A stretch of 63,146 nucleotides of DNA from Thermoflexus hugenholtzii JAD2 (GCA_945865725.1 CAMBEO010000005.1:1-63146), one strand, 5' to 3'; shown: positions 44,805-54,706, counted from the first letter of the stretch. Translations and numbers: made by a program. Notes: generated by a model not told the origin, from the letters alone.

Positions 44805-46343
44805 CTAGGCGGGACGCGTCGCGCCGTCGATGGCCGGGTACAGGGCGACGTAGCGCCGGAAGAGGTCGTCGTACGTCGCGCGGTGCGCCGGGTCAGGGAG
44901 GATCGGGTCACCGAAACGGACCATCCCGTCGCTCGCAACGTCGAGTGACGCGAAGTCCCCGGCGCCGGTCGCGGCCAGGATCGCGCTGCCGAGGACGCCG
45001 TTCTCCGTCGTCTCGCACGGGCGCATGGCCAAGCCGGTCACGTCCGCCTTGATGCGGTTCCAGAGGTCGATTCGCGCCCCCCCGCCGGCGACGCGGACCT
45101 CGCGGATGGGCGTACCGCCGTTCTCGACCGCCAGGCCGAGGATGTGGCGGATGGAACAAGCGACACCCTCGAGGACGGCGCGAACCAGGTGGCCGGGTTC
45201 GGTGGCGGTCGACAGGCCGGTGAAGGCGCCCCGGACCCGCGGGTTCCAGATCGGCGCGCGCTCCCCTTCGAGGTATGGCAGGAAGGTGACGCCCCCGGCG
45301 CCCGGGTCGACGCCTTCGGCAAGGGCGACCGCGGCGGCGTGCGCCGCCTCGCCCGGCATGTGGCTTGAGGGCAGCGCGATGGTGCGCGCGACCCACCCGA
45401 GCGAGGCGCCGCTTGCCTGCGTCGGGCCGTAGATGATCCACCGGCCGGTATCGACGATGCGCGCGGCCATCAGCGGTCCGAGGCGCGGTGGCGCGCCGGC
45501 GATGGTCACGCCGGTGACCTCCGACGTGCCCGAGACGTCGCCAGCGAGCCCGGGATGCCCGAGGGCGCCGGACCCGAGCATCGCGGCCATCGCGTCGGTC
45601 CACCCGCAAGTGACGGGGATTCCCGCGCGCAGACCCGTGGCACGTGCCGCTTCCTTGGTCACCCTCCCGACGACGTCGCGAGGCGTGCCTGCAGGCGGGA
45701 CGAGGGCGCCGGGCAGGCGTCCGAGCGTCTCGATGCCGTCGATGGTGCGCATGGTCGCCTGATGCACCAGGCCCTTCGCGGACCAGGCGTCAGTGCGCAT
45801 CTCGCCGGTCAAGGAGTAGTGGACGAAGTCCTTCGGGAGGAGGATGTGCGCCGCGCGGGCGAGCGTCTCCGGTTCGTGAGCCGCAAGCCAGCGACCGCGC
45901 GCCAGCGGATTCGACGCGTCCACGGGCCACGACATGCCGATGAGGTCGGCCATCGTCGCGGCCGGCACCTCGCGTGCCAAGTCGGCCGCCTCGGCGCCGG
46001 CGCGGGTGTCCTGCCAGAGGATTGCGGGACGGACCGGTTCGCCGCGGGCGTCGAGGAATAGGTGCGTCGGGGCCTGCCCGGACCCGCAGAGGCCGGCGAT
46101 CCGTGACGCGTCGATGCCGGGTGACGCGAGCAACTCTCGGATGCACCGCGTCGCGGCGTCGACGTAGTTGCAAGGATCCTGTTCGGCCCATCCGGGGCGC
46201 GGACGCGAGACCGGGTAGGGGACGCTCGCCACTGCGAGGAGGTGCCCGGTGGCATCGACGACGGCCCCCTTGGTGGAGGTGGTCCCGATGTCGAGGCCGA
46301 CGTAGAGGGGGGCACGGGACGAGGCGGCGGCAGGTCCGTTCAC
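44805..46343 (-). CDS. FGGY-family carbohydrate kinase (xylulokinase-like)
   Basis: LYVGLDIGTTSTKGAVV and GWAEQDP. About 510 aa. GTG start at 46343. Confidence 0.85.
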   Translation of the reverse strand: MNGPAAASSRAPLYVGLDIGTTSTKGAVVDATGHLLAVASVPYPVSRPRPGWAEQDPCNYVDAATRCIRELLASPGIDASRIAGLCGSGQAPTHLFLDARGEPVRPAILWQDTRAGAEAADLAREVPAATMADLIGMSWPVDASNPLARGRWLAAHEPETLARAAHILLPKDFVHYSLTGEMRTDAWSAKGLVHQATMRTIDGIETLGRLPGALVPPAGTPRDVVGRVTKEAARATGLRAGIPVTCGWTDAMAAMLGSGALGHPGLAGDVSGTSEVTGVTIAGAPPRLGPLMAARIVDTGRWIIYGPTQASGASLGWVARTIALPSSHMPGEAAHAAAVALAEGVDPGAGGVTFLPYLEGERAPIWNPRVRGAFTGLSTATEPGHLVRAVLEGVACSIRHILGLAVENGGTPIREVRVAGGGARIDLWNRIKADVTGLAMRPCETTENGVLGSAILAATGAGDFASLDVASDGMVRFGDPILPDPAHRATYDDLFRRYVALYPAIDGATRPA

Positions 46344-46481
46344 CGGCGCATCGTACTGGCGGGCGATCAGGTGCCTTGCCGCGGGTGCGATGGGGTCGCG
46401 TGACGCAGTGGCACCACTGGCGGCGCGACGGCCAGTGTCGCTGGGGCACGGATCCCTACCGGGACCAGCGAGGCTAGGAGG

Positions 46482-47708
46482 CTAGATCGAGAGCAGGTGC
46501 TCGCGCTCCGCGTTGCTGACGGCGCGCTGCGACCGGATGGTGTCCATCATCTCGCGCCGGACGCGGATGTCACCGATCAGGGCGGCGCCGGCAAGGCGTC
46601 CCTCGTGGAAGAAGAGCCGGCGGTACACGCCCCGGTCCAGGTTGAGGCGCGTGACCGCCTCCATGTCCGGCACGGACTCGGGCATGATGCCGATGGCGGC
46701 CATCTGGCTATCGAACATCGTGCTGGTGTAGTAGGGCACCTCGCGGAACTCCGTGCGGTTCCCGAGCATGTTCGCGGCCGCGACGCGCCCATGTGCCCCG
46801 GCGCTGTTCCACGTGCCCATCTGGTTGTATGCGCCGATCGACACGTCGTAAAACTCGGCGACGTCCCCGGCGGCGTACACGTCCGGCACGTTCGTCTCGA
46901 GGTACTCGTTCGTGACGATGCCCCGGTTCACCTTGATCGGCGTGCCCTCGAGGCACTCGAGGCGCATGCGCAGGCCCAAGCCCGCACCGAGCAGGTCGCA
47001 CTCGATCTCGCGCCCCTTAGAGGTCACGAGCGAGACAAGCTCGCCGTCGGCGTCGGCGCGGACCTCGCCAACCGAGTCCCCGTAGACGGTCTCGACGCCG
47101 ACCTCGCGGGCGAGATGGTCGACGAACCGCCCGCCGTCCTCGTCGAGGATGCGGTGCAGGAAGCGCGACCCCCGGATGAGCCACGTCGTCGCGACGCCGT
47201 GGTGGCGGAAGCCCTCGGTCAACTCGTAGGCGATGAAGCTCCCGCCGGTCGTGACCGCGCCCTTTGAACGGCGCACGCGGTCGAGGATGGTCTTGGTGTC
47301 CTCGAGGGTCTGGAAGTTGTAGACGCCGTTGGTGCCGGCGGTGCCGGGCACGTTCAGCGGGTTGGGCGTGCCGCCCGTCGCGACGAGGAGGGAGTCGTAG
47401 GCGTACGTCTCGCCGTCGTCGGTCACGACCTGGCGGCGCTCGGTGTCGATGACCGAGGCCGTGGTCGTGAGGCGCAGCTCGACACGATTGTCGACGTGCC
47501 AAGGCAGCGACTTGATGATCGTGCGCTCGGGCGCGGTGACGCCCTTGAGGACCTTCGGGAGGGCCACCCGGTTGTAGAGGGGGTGCGGCTCGTCCCCGAT
47601 CAGGACGACCCGCGCCTCGGGGTCACCCTTGCGCAAGGTCTCGGCTGCGGTGGTCCCGGCGATGCCGTTTCCGATGATGACGAAGGTACGGGACCCGGAT
47701 TTGACCAC
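46482..47708 (-). CDS. NAD(P)/FAD-dependent pyridine nucleotide-disulfide oxidoreductase (ferredoxin/rubredoxin-reductase-like)
   Basis: FVIIGNGIAGTTAAE (FAD GxGxxG) and YAAGDVAE. I take the GTG at 47708 as start, with no clear SD, so the start is uncertain. Confidence 0.78.
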   Translation of the reverse strand: MVKSGSRTFVIIGNGIAGTTAAETLRKGDPEARVVLIGDEPHPLYNRVALPKVLKGVTAPERTIIKSLPWHVDNRVELRLTTTASVIDTERRQVVTDDGETYAYDSLLVATGGTPNPLNVPGTAGTNGVYNFQTLEDTKTILDRVRRSKGAVTTGGSFIAYELTEGFRHHGVATTWLIRGSRFLHRILDEDGGRFVDHLAREVGVETVYGDSVGEVRADADGELVSLVTSKGREIECDLLGAGLGLRMRLECLEGTPIKVNRGIVTNEYLETNVPDVYAAGDVAEFYDVSIGAYNQMGTWNSAGAHGRVAAANMLGNRTEFREVPYYTSTMFDSQMAAIGIMPESVPDMEAVTRLNLDRGVYRRLFFHEGRLAGAALIGDIRVRREMMDTIRSQRAVSNAEREHLLSI

Positions 47709-47852
47709 CCGGAGAGGATACCGGTCTTCGTCGCCGGGACCGGCCAAGGGAAGGACCCTGCCCGGTGGTCGGCTACACTCGGGCGGTACCACGACGGTGA
47801 CCCCGTCGTGGCGCATGCGACCCTGAGTGGCCCGGGCGACGGCGAGGACACG

Positions 47853-48146
47853 ATGACGGAACCCTTGGACAACCACCAGGACGGCGCGGGATCGTCGGTC
47901 GGCGTTGTCGCCCGCGAGGCGGTCGATGGCGTTGTCGCCCGCCTCGAAGCGGCGATCGAGATCCTGACCGGGCGGGTGTCTGGAGAGGGGTCGCGTGGAT
48001 ACGCCCTGGACGCGCTTGCCGACGAGAGCATCGAGCACGTGCAGCGGGCGCACGAACTCCTGCAGGAGTGCACCGGCGAAGTCGGGCGCGCGCTGTGGTT
48101 CCTGAGTCGGCAGGCGAGCGAGGGTGCCGACGGCCACGCCGCCTGA
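47853..48146 (+). CDS. hypothetical small helical protein (97 aa)
   Basis: The in-frame ATG at 47853 inside ORF 47496..48146 fills an otherwise 415-nt gap. The predicted protein is helical and acidic, and its end overlaps the next gene by 23 nt. No recognisable family. Confidence 0.35.
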   Translation: MTEPLDNHQDGAGSSVGVVAREAVDGVVARLEAAIEILTGRVSGEGSRGYALDALADESIEHVQRAHELLQECTGEVGRALWFLSRQASEGADGHAA

Positions 48147-48789
48147 GGGCGTCGCGCACCGCGTCCGCGCGGTACGGGAGGCCATCGGTGCGGGAGGCCC
48201 GGACGTACGATCGCGCCGGTTCCTCGTGTCGCTCGCAGGAATGCCGGGATCGGGCAAGTCCCACCTCGCGGAAGCGGTGCGGGTGGCCATCGGGACGGCC
48301 GTCGTGAGGACGGACGAGGTTCGCTCGATCCTGTTCCCGGTACCGACTTTTGCGCCGTCCGAGAGCGCCGCCGTTTACCTCGCGTGCTTCGCGACGGTGC
48401 GCGCCCTCCTGCGGGACGGTCACGCGGTGGTCTTCGATGGCACGAACGGGCGCCAGTCGGGGCGTCGGCGCCTGGCGAGGATCGCCCGGGAGGAGGGTGC
48501 GGGGCACGTCTCGGTGCTGGTACGCGCGGCGCCGGAGGTGGTGCGCGCGCGCATCGTGCGGCGAACGGCCGGTGAGGCCCCCGCGTTCGGCAGCGGCGCC
48601 GGGATCGAGGTTTACGAGCGCATGGCCCAGTCGGAGGACTACGGTGGGCGGTTCGGGATGGTCGTCGATGCGAGCGGGGAAATCGCTTCGGCGGTCGCGC
48701 GGATCGTGGCGGTGATCGGGGAAACCGAGTCCATCGACGGGATCGGGTGGCGGTCGGTGCGGGCGGGCAGGAAAGGGAAGGGCCAGTGA
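48124..48789 (+). CDS. P-loop kinase (AAA_33 / zeta-toxin-like fold) protein
   Basis: Walker A GMPGSGKSHLA, followed by RTDEVR and FDGTNGR. Start is the GTG at 48124 or the GTG at 48226. The stop overlaps the pyrF start (GTGA). Confidence 0.65.
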   Translation: MPTATPPEGVAHRVRAVREAIGAGGPDVRSRRFLVSLAGMPGSGKSHLAEAVRVAIGTAVVRTDEVRSILFPVPTFAPSESAAVYLACFATVRALLRDGHAVVFDGTNGRQSGRRRLARIAREEGAGHVSVLVRAAPEVVRARIVRRTAGEAPAFGSGAGIEVYERMAQSEDYGGRFGMVVDASGEIASAVARIVAVIGETESIDGIGWRSVRAGRKGKGQ

Positions 48790-49622
48790 CGGGGTACGTC
48801 GCGAAGCTTGGCGCCGCCGTGGCGCGGAATTCGAGCCTGTTGTGCGTCGGCCTGGACGGCGAGCACTCGAGGCTGCCGGACCACTTGCGGGACCTTCCGC
48901 CCGCGGAAGCGCTGGTCGCCTTCAACCGCGCGCTGATCGACGCCACGTTTGACGTGGTCGCGGCTTACAAGCCGAACCTGGCGTTTTACGAGGCGCTTGG
49001 CCCGGCCGGTATGGAGGCCTTCAGGCAGACCGTGGCACACGTGCCCGCGGGCATCCCGGTCATCGCCGACGCGAAGCGAGGGGACATCGACCACACGACG
49101 CGGGCGTACGCGACGGCGCTGTTCGACGTGTACGGGTGCGATGCGGTGACGGCGAGCCCGTACCTCGGGCGAGACGCGCTTGCGCCATTCCTCGACCGGG
49201 CGGATCGCGGCACGTACATACTTTGCAGGACGTCGAACCCGGGCGCGGCGGACATCGCGGAGCTTGACGTTGCGGGCGAGCCGCTGTACGTCCGGGTGGC
49301 GGAGCGGGCACCGAAATGGACGACCCACGGGAACATCGGGCTGGTAGTAGGGGCGACGGCACCAGCGCAACTGGCGCGGGTGCGGGCGGTCGCGCCAGGG
49401 GTGCCGATCCTGCTGCCCGGGGTGGGCGCGCAGGGGGGCGACCTGGAGGCGTCGCTGGCAGCGGGCCTGGACCAGGCGGGAGCGGGGCTACTGGTGGTCG
49501 CCGCCCGGCAGGTCATGTACGCCTCAAGCGGCCGACAGTTCGCGGAAGCCGCGCGGACGGCGGCGCTGGAACTTCGGGAGCGGATCGAGAGCGCACGCGC
49601 GACCGTCGTCGCGGCCCGCTAG
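48786..49622 (+). CDS. pyrF: orotidine 5'-phosphate decarboxylase (type 2)
   Basis: LCVGLD and IADAKRGDIDHT. The GTG at 48786 overlaps the upstream stop. Confidence 0.85.
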   Translation: MTGYVAKLGAAVARNSSLLCVGLDGEHSRLPDHLRDLPPAEALVAFNRALIDATFDVVAAYKPNLAFYEALGPAGMEAFRQTVAHVPAGIPVIADAKRGDIDHTTRAYATALFDVYGCDAVTASPYLGRDALAPFLDRADRGTYILCRTSNPGAADIAELDVAGEPLYVRVAERAPKWTTHGNIGLVVGATAPAQLARVRAVAPGVPILLPGVGAQGGDLEASLAAGLDQAGAGLLVVAARQVMYASSGRQFAEAARTAALELRERIESARATVVAAR

Positions 49623-49699
49623 GCCCGCCCCCGCCCGAGATCGATCCGCGCGCCCTTGGCTCGACGCCGCCACCGCCCCGGTACGACCCGAAGGTCCCG

Positions 49700-49981
49700 A
49701 TGACCTTCGAGGTTGATGACCAGGTCCGCCTGCGCAAGGCGCACCCGTGCGGTGGCACCGATTGGGTCGTCTTCCGCCTTGGGGCAGACATCGGGTTGCG
49801 ATGCGGCACGTGCGGCCACCGCGTCCTCGTCCCGAGGCGCGAGCTCGAGCGTCGGGTGGTCCGCCTCCTGCGCCCGCAGGAGGCTGAAGCGTCACCCGGT
49901 GTTGCCCCCGCCGGGGGCGGCGGCGCGCCGACGTCGTCCGGGCGACCGCGCGGTGCCGATCCAACCGCGGCGACCTCCTAG
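49700..49981 (+). CDS. DUF951 family small protein
   Basis: VRLRKAHPCGGTDWVVFRLGADIGLRCGTCGHRVLVPRRELE matches the DUF951 pattern. ATG at 49700 with GAAGG upstream. Low-complexity C-terminal tail. Confidence 0.65.
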   Translation: MTFEVDDQVRLRKAHPCGGTDWVVFRLGADIGLRCGTCGHRVLVPRRELERRVVRLLRPQEAEASPGVAPAGGGGAPTSSGRPRGADPTAATS

Positions 49982-50880
49982 GACGCGCGCGGGGCCAGGC
50001 CGACCACGCCGATGACCCCGAGGCCGGCCAGCGCAAGCAAGCCGTACTCGAGGGCCACCCGGGCCGTCAGGCGTGCATGCAGGGCGTAGGTCAGGATTCC
50101 CGTCGTCACGTAGTAGACGGCGAGGAGGAAGGCGCCGCCCTGAAGGCCGTTGAGCGGCCAATAGTTCAAGGCCCATGTCACCTCGCCGACGCCAAGCCCG
50201 GTGACGGCCGCGTAGGCAAGGGTGCGACCCCATGAGGGCGGGACCGCGAGATGGCGACCGCTGGGCGTGACCATGCCGGTGATCGCAGGGAACCGCCCGC
50301 TCAACCGGAGCCGTTCCGGCACGCTGAGCGTCGCGAGGTCCGGTGCGGGTTCGGGGTCTGGCGTGCGATCCGGGAACGCGACCTCGGTCAGGCGCAGGTG
50401 ACGCGCGGCGAGCAGGACGGAGACGGCGACGATGGCTGACGCCGAGAACAGGCTGCGGGCGCGCATCTGGTAGATCGCCCCGAAGAGCACGAAGGCCGTG
50501 ACGTAGCCGACCAACGCGAGGACCGTCTCCCCGCGTTCCCGGGGGACGGCCTCCCGCGCAAGCGCCCATTCCGTCCACAGGACGACGAAGAGGACGACGG
50601 CGAAGGCGGCGAGGCAGGCGACGAACGGCGCGCCGGTCGGCACGAGGGGAAGGAACAGCAACGCGCCGAGGACGACGGCGGGGGGCAGGACGAACTGCTC
50701 GAGGCGCGACCGCGTGCGGGCCTCGCCGCGCATCACAAGGTCGAGGCCGGCGCTGACGGTGAAGACGAGGGCAACGGCGAGACCGACGAGGGGCGCGCCG
50801 GACGAGCCAAGGCTGAGCGCGACGCCAAGGATGACGACCGCGACGACGACGATGATCTTCTCGACCGTGCGTACAGGCAT
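49978..50880 (-). CDS. hypothetical polytopic membrane protein
   Basis: Multiple hydrophobic helices. ATG at 50880 (MPVRTVEKIIVVVAVVILG). Its end overlaps the DUF951 gene end by 4 nt (convergent). Confidence 0.55.
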   Translation of the reverse strand: MPVRTVEKIIVVVAVVILGVALSLGSSGAPLVGLAVALVFTVSAGLDLVMRGEARTRSRLEQFVLPPAVVLGALLFLPLVPTGAPFVACLAAFAVVLFVVLWTEWALAREAVPRERGETVLALVGYVTAFVLFGAIYQMRARSLFSASAIVAVSVLLAARHLRLTEVAFPDRTPDPEPAPDLATLSVPERLRLSGRFPAITGMVTPSGRHLAVPPSWGRTLAYAAVTGLGVGEVTWALNYWPLNGLQGGAFLLAVYYVTTGILTYALHARLTARVALEYGLLALAGLGVIGVVGLAPRAS

Positions 50881-50975
50881 GCGACGACAAAGGGTAGCCC
50901 GCCCGCCCGCGTTGATCCGGCCGTCCCGGTGCCGGGATCGCCGGGGTCGCGACGGCTTGTTCCCCCATCGCGACA

Positions 50976-51022
50976 CCCAGGCGGGCAGGGATGCCCGCGG
51001 ACCGGTCCCCGCCCCGGCAGGG
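50976..51022 (-). repeat. D module (reverse orientation)
   Basis: GGCGGGCAGGGATGCCCGCGGACC is the reverse complement of the D core. Confidence 0.85.
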
Positions 51023-51104
51023 ACGCGCCACCGCTGCGCAGGCGCGGAAGCGGGCCCTCGTGAACCGTTGGGGCGAGGCCCGTGACCGCGTCGGCGGCAC
51101 TTCG

Positions 51105-51668
51105 GTGCTAGGCTCCGGCGCGGTGGTGGTCATCCCGGGCACCGCGTCGCCCCGCGGCGGCGTCCTGGTGCTGAACCTCGACGACGAGCCGCTCAACATT
51201 TGCGGCATCGGCCGCGCCATTGCCCTCATCGGATCGGGCAAGGCCGAGGTGGTCGTGACCCGGTGCCGACCGGTGCGCACGTCAAGCGTCGAGCTTGAGC
51301 GCCCGTCCGTCATCCGGTTGCAGAAGCTTGTCCGCCGCCCGCGGTTGGCCGCGCGCTTGACCCGGCGCGAGGTGTTCGCGCGCGACAACTTCACGTGCCA
51401 GTACTGCGGCGTGCGCGCCCGCGAACTGACGATCGACCATGTCGTGCCCCGGCGACTGGGCGGCAGGCACACGTGGGAGAACGTCGTGAGCGCCTGTCGC
51501 TCGTGCAATGCGCGAAAGGGCGGCCACCCGTTGTCGGAGACGCGGATGCGCCTCGCGCGGGTGCCGGATCGACCGTCGTACGGCCTCTGGTTCCTGTGGG
51601 TGAACCGGCCGGACGCCGAGGCCGCGGCCGCGTGGACGCCGTACCTGCCGGGGGCGTCCCGCGCCTGA
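51105..51668 (+). CDS. HNH endonuclease
   Basis: CQYCG...LTIDHVVPRRLGGRHTWENVVSACRSCNARKGG, with the conserved N-terminus VLVLNLDDEPLNI. The start is ambiguous (GTGs at 51105, 51123, 51126 and 51168). Confidence 0.8.
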   Translation: MLGSGAVVVIPGTASPRGGVLVLNLDDEPLNICGIGRAIALIGSGKAEVVVTRCRPVRTSSVELERPSVIRLQKLVRRPRLAARLTRREVFARDNFTCQYCGVRARELTIDHVVPRRLGGRHTWENVVSACRSCNARKGGHPLSETRMRLARVPDRPSYGLWFLWVNRPDAEAAAAWTPYLPGASRA

Positions 51669-51718
51669 CCCGCGCCGGGGCTGACGATCTGAATCGACCC
51701 GCCGCCCCCCGGGCATGG

Positions 51719-52300
51719 TCACTCGCCGGACGTGACGATCCCGGTCGCGCCAGCGGTACCGGCGCCATGGCGGGCCAGTTCGGCGGCGATAGTCGCCCGC
51801 ACGTGTCGCTCGGTCGCGCGGGCGACGAGCCTCGCGACAACCCAACCCGCGATACCGACGGCGACGAGGACCCACGTCGCCGGCCCGAGGTCGCGCGACC
51901 AGGCCCAGGCGCCGAGGGCGAGGATCGCCATGGCGAGCCAGCGCGCGGTCGCGGCGATGAAGCCCATCGCCATCGACTTGCGGTCCGTGGCGCGGATCGA
52001 CCACTCGACGACGCGTGACGCGAGCGCGCTCGCAACCGTGGGCCTGCCCCCGGCGAGGCGTTCCTCGTCCGCAATCCAGTCAAGCCACTGGTCGACCGGA
52101 CGGCCATCGAGGACGAAGCGATCACGCAAGGCCGCGAAGAACAGGTACCGGCGCGCCTTCACCCGCTCGTACGCCAGGTCACCGTCGTCGTCGCCGTCGG
52201 CATCGCGACCGAGTGCCCGCGCCTCGTCGGTCGAGAGGAAGACGCGTTGAACGGTCAACTCGTCCTTCAAGATGTCGATGAGCGGCGACAGGCGATCCAT
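51719..52300 (-). CDS. hypothetical protein with two C-terminal TM helices
   Basis: The ORF has coding-like composition, an acidic N-terminal region, and TM segments MGFIAATARWLAMAILALGAWAW and WVLVAVGIAGWVVARLV. No recognisable family. Confidence 0.5.
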   Translation of the reverse strand: MDRLSPLIDILKDELTVQRVFLSTDEARALGRDADGDDDGDLAYERVKARRYLFFAALRDRFVLDGRPVDQWLDWIADEERLAGGRPTVASALASRVVEWSIRATDRKSMAMGFIAATARWLAMAILALGAWAWSRDLGPATWVLVAVGIAGWVVARLVARATERHVRATIAAELARHGAGTAGATGIVTSGE

Positions 52301-52428
52301 CGGGCAGAGTCTACGGGGGTGGCCGTCCGCATACGCGGGCGCACGGCGCGCGCACCGACGACCGCCGACCGCGGCACGTGCCCCCTTGGCCCTCTGCTAC
52401 GCTAGGACGGAAGGATCATGGAGAGCCG

Positions 52429-52809
52429 ATGACGACTGCGACGGCACTACCGCTGGTCACGCTCAGCGAGCGGGCCTCCGACGAGTTGCGGCGCTTGATC
52501 GACGCTGAAGGGCGCGACGATGTCGGCCTGCGCGTCTTCGTCTCCCCCGGCGGCTGCTCCGGCCTCTCCTACGGCATGTCGCTGGAGGACGAGTCCGACG
52601 ACGGGGACTTCGTCGTCGGCCACGAGGGGATGCGGATCTTCGTGGACGAGTTCAGCGCCAACTTCGTGAAGGGGGCGCGGATCGACTACGCCGCGGGTCT
52701 GATGGCTGCCGGCTTCACGGTCCAGAACCCGAACGCGAAGAAGAGTTGCGCCTGCGGCCAGTCGTTCGATACTGGCGAGAACGCCACCACCGCGCAGAAG
52801 TGCAGCTAG
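52429..52809 (+). CDS. HesB/IscA/ErpA-family iron-sulfur cluster insertion protein
   Basis: GGCSGLSYGM and the C-terminal CACGQSF cysteine motif. ATG at 52429 with GGAGAG upstream. Confidence 0.85.
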   Translation: MTTATALPLVTLSERASDELRRLIDAEGRDDVGLRVFVSPGGCSGLSYGMSLEDESDDGDFVVGHEGMRIFVDEFSANFVKGARIDYAAGLMAAGFTVQNPNAKKSCACGQSFDTGENATTAQKCS

Positions 52810-53861
52810 GACCCGGGAGCGTTCCCCCGCGGGACGGTCCGCCGCCGGCGGTTCGCGTCCGTGACCTCGCCAGGCACTACGTCGTCCATCGCAAGGCCCC
52901 GGGCGTCCTTGGATCGCTGCGAGCCCTCGTGCGTCGCGAGCATGACCTCGTCCGGGCGGTCGACGGGGTGACCTTCGACCTCGCCGAGGGCGAGATCGTC
53001 GGCTTCCTCGGACCGAACGGCGCGGGCAAGACCACCACCCTCAAGCTCTTGTCTGGCCTGCTCCACCCGACGGCTGGCGAGGCGCGCGTCCTCGGGCACG
53101 ACCCGTGGCGTCGCGACCACGTCCTCTTGCGCCAGTTGTCGCTGGTGATGGGGCAGAAGAACCAGTTGTGGTGGGACATCCCCGCGCGGGAGACCTTCCT
53201 CCTGAACAAGGAGATCTACGAGATCCCGGACCGGCAGTACCGGGAGTCCGTGGACGAACTGGTTGACCTCCTCGACCTCGGGCGCGTCCTCGACGTCCAG
53301 GTGCGGCGCCTGTCGCTCGGCGAGCGGATGAAATGCGAGCTGGCCGCGGCGCTCCTCCACCGCCCGCGCATCCTGTTCCTGGACGAGCCGACGATCGGGC
53401 TGGACGTCGTCGCCCAGAAGGCCATCCGCCAGTTCATCGACGCGTACCGGCGCCGGCACCGCGCGACCGTCATCCTGACCTCGCACTACATGGATGACGT
53501 GAAGGAACTGTGCGAGCGGATCGTGGTGATCGACCACGGGCGGGTGATCCACGACGGGGCGCTCGCCGAGGTAGTGGCGGCGTTTGCCGGGTACCGAGTG
53601 GTCGAGGTGCGGTTTGATCGCGCCGTTGCACGCGCGGACCTCGAGGCTCACGGCGTCGTCGCCGCGCACGATGGGGCAACGGCGACGCTGCACCTGCCAC
53701 GCGAGGAGGTCTCGGCTCGCGCCGCGCGCCTCCTGTCGAGCCTGCCGGTCGCGGACCTCACGATCGAGGAGCCGCCGATCGATGACGTGATCCGGCAGGT
53801 GTTCGCGACTGGAAGGGGACGCGCACCCGAGCCGGTCGATAGCGCGGTGGCGCCCACGTAG
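52800..53861 (+). CDS. ABC transporter ATP-binding protein (COG4586-like), no adjacent permease
   Basis: Walker A GPNGAGKTTT, signature LSLGERMK, Walker B LFLDEPTIGLD. It is a paralog of the 21686..22690 product. The only plausible start is the GTG at 52800, overlapping the iscA-like gene by 10 nt. Confidence 0.8.
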   Translation: MQLGPGSVPPRDGPPPAVRVRDLARHYVVHRKAPGVLGSLRALVRREHDLVRAVDGVTFDLAEGEIVGFLGPNGAGKTTTLKLLSGLLHPTAGEARVLGHDPWRRDHVLLRQLSLVMGQKNQLWWDIPARETFLLNKEIYEIPDRQYRESVDELVDLLDLGRVLDVQVRRLSLGERMKCELAAALLHRPRILFLDEPTIGLDVVAQKAIRQFIDAYRRRHRATVILTSHYMDDVKELCERIVVIDHGRVIHDGALAEVVAAFAGYRVVEVRFDRAVARADLEAHGVVAAHDGATATLHLPREEVSARAARLLSSLPVADLTIEEPPIDDVIRQVFATGRGRAPEPVDSAVAPT

Positions 53862-53898
53862 ACTGGATCAGGCAGGGCACGGCTTGTGATGCGTCGCG

Positions 53899-53962
53899 TC
53901 CTTCCCCCCTCTCCCCCTGTGAGAGTTTTCAGCAGGGGGCGCGTACGCGGATAACGAGGGTC
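53899..53962 (+). repeat. F/C-type hairpin module
   Basis: CCTTCCCCCCTCTCCCCCTGTGAGAGTTTTCAGCAGGGGGCGCGTACGCGGATAACGAGGG. Confidence 0.9.
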
Positions 53963-53997
53963 GTCCAGTCCCCCGCTGAACGGAGGAGCAGCACGCC

Positions 53998-54690
53998 ATG
54001 TTCTTCGACCCGATGTACTTCGTCTTTGCGTTGCCGGCCCTGGCCTTCGGGTTGTGGGCCCAGTTCAAGGTCAAGTCGACGTTCGCCGAGTACTCGACCG
54101 TCGCGAACTCGACCGGCTACACTGGGGCGCAGATCGCGCGACGCCTCCTCGACGCGCAGGGCCTGCGCGACATCGCCGTCGAGGCGGTCCCGGGCGAGAT
54201 GACCGACCATTACGACCCGAAGTCCCGAGTGGTGCGCCTGTCGGAGTCGACGATGCACCGCAACTCGGTCGCGGCGATCGGTGTCGTCGCCCACGAGGTC
54301 GGCCACGCGATCCAGGACGCCGAGAACTACGGGCCGATGCGGACGCGCGCGGCGCTGGTCCCGATCGCGAACATCGGGAGCATGGCCGGCCCGTTCGTCT
54401 TCATGCTGGGCATGGTCCTGAACGCCTTCAACCTCGCGTTGATCGGTCTCGTGCTGTTCCTGGGCGCGGCGGCGTTCATGGCGATAACGCTGCCGGTGGA
54501 ATACAACGCGAGCAACCGGGCGATGCGGTTGCTCGAGGACCACGGCCTGGTGACGTCATACGACGCGGGCATGGCGCGCAAGGTCCTCGACGCCGCGGCG
54601 CTGACGTACGTCGCTGGCCTGCTGCAGGCGATCTCGCAGGTGCTTTACTACGCGATGATCCTCAGTGGCATGCGACGTCGCGACGACTGA
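53998..54690 (+). CDS. membrane zinc metallopeptidase (Zn_peptidase_2 / YugP-like)
   Basis: MFFDPMYFVFALPALAFGLWAQFKVKSTF and VAHEVGHAIQ. Confidence 0.85.
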   Translation: MFFDPMYFVFALPALAFGLWAQFKVKSTFAEYSTVANSTGYTGAQIARRLLDAQGLRDIAVEAVPGEMTDHYDPKSRVVRLSESTMHRNSVAAIGVVAHEVGHAIQDAENYGPMRTRAALVPIANIGSMAGPFVFMLGMVLNAFNLALIGLVLFLGAAAFMAITLPVEYNASNRAMRLLEDHGLVTSYDAGMARKVLDAAALTYVAGLLQAISQVLYYAMILSGMRRRDD

Positions 54691-54706
54691 GCGGGAACGG
54701 GCATAC

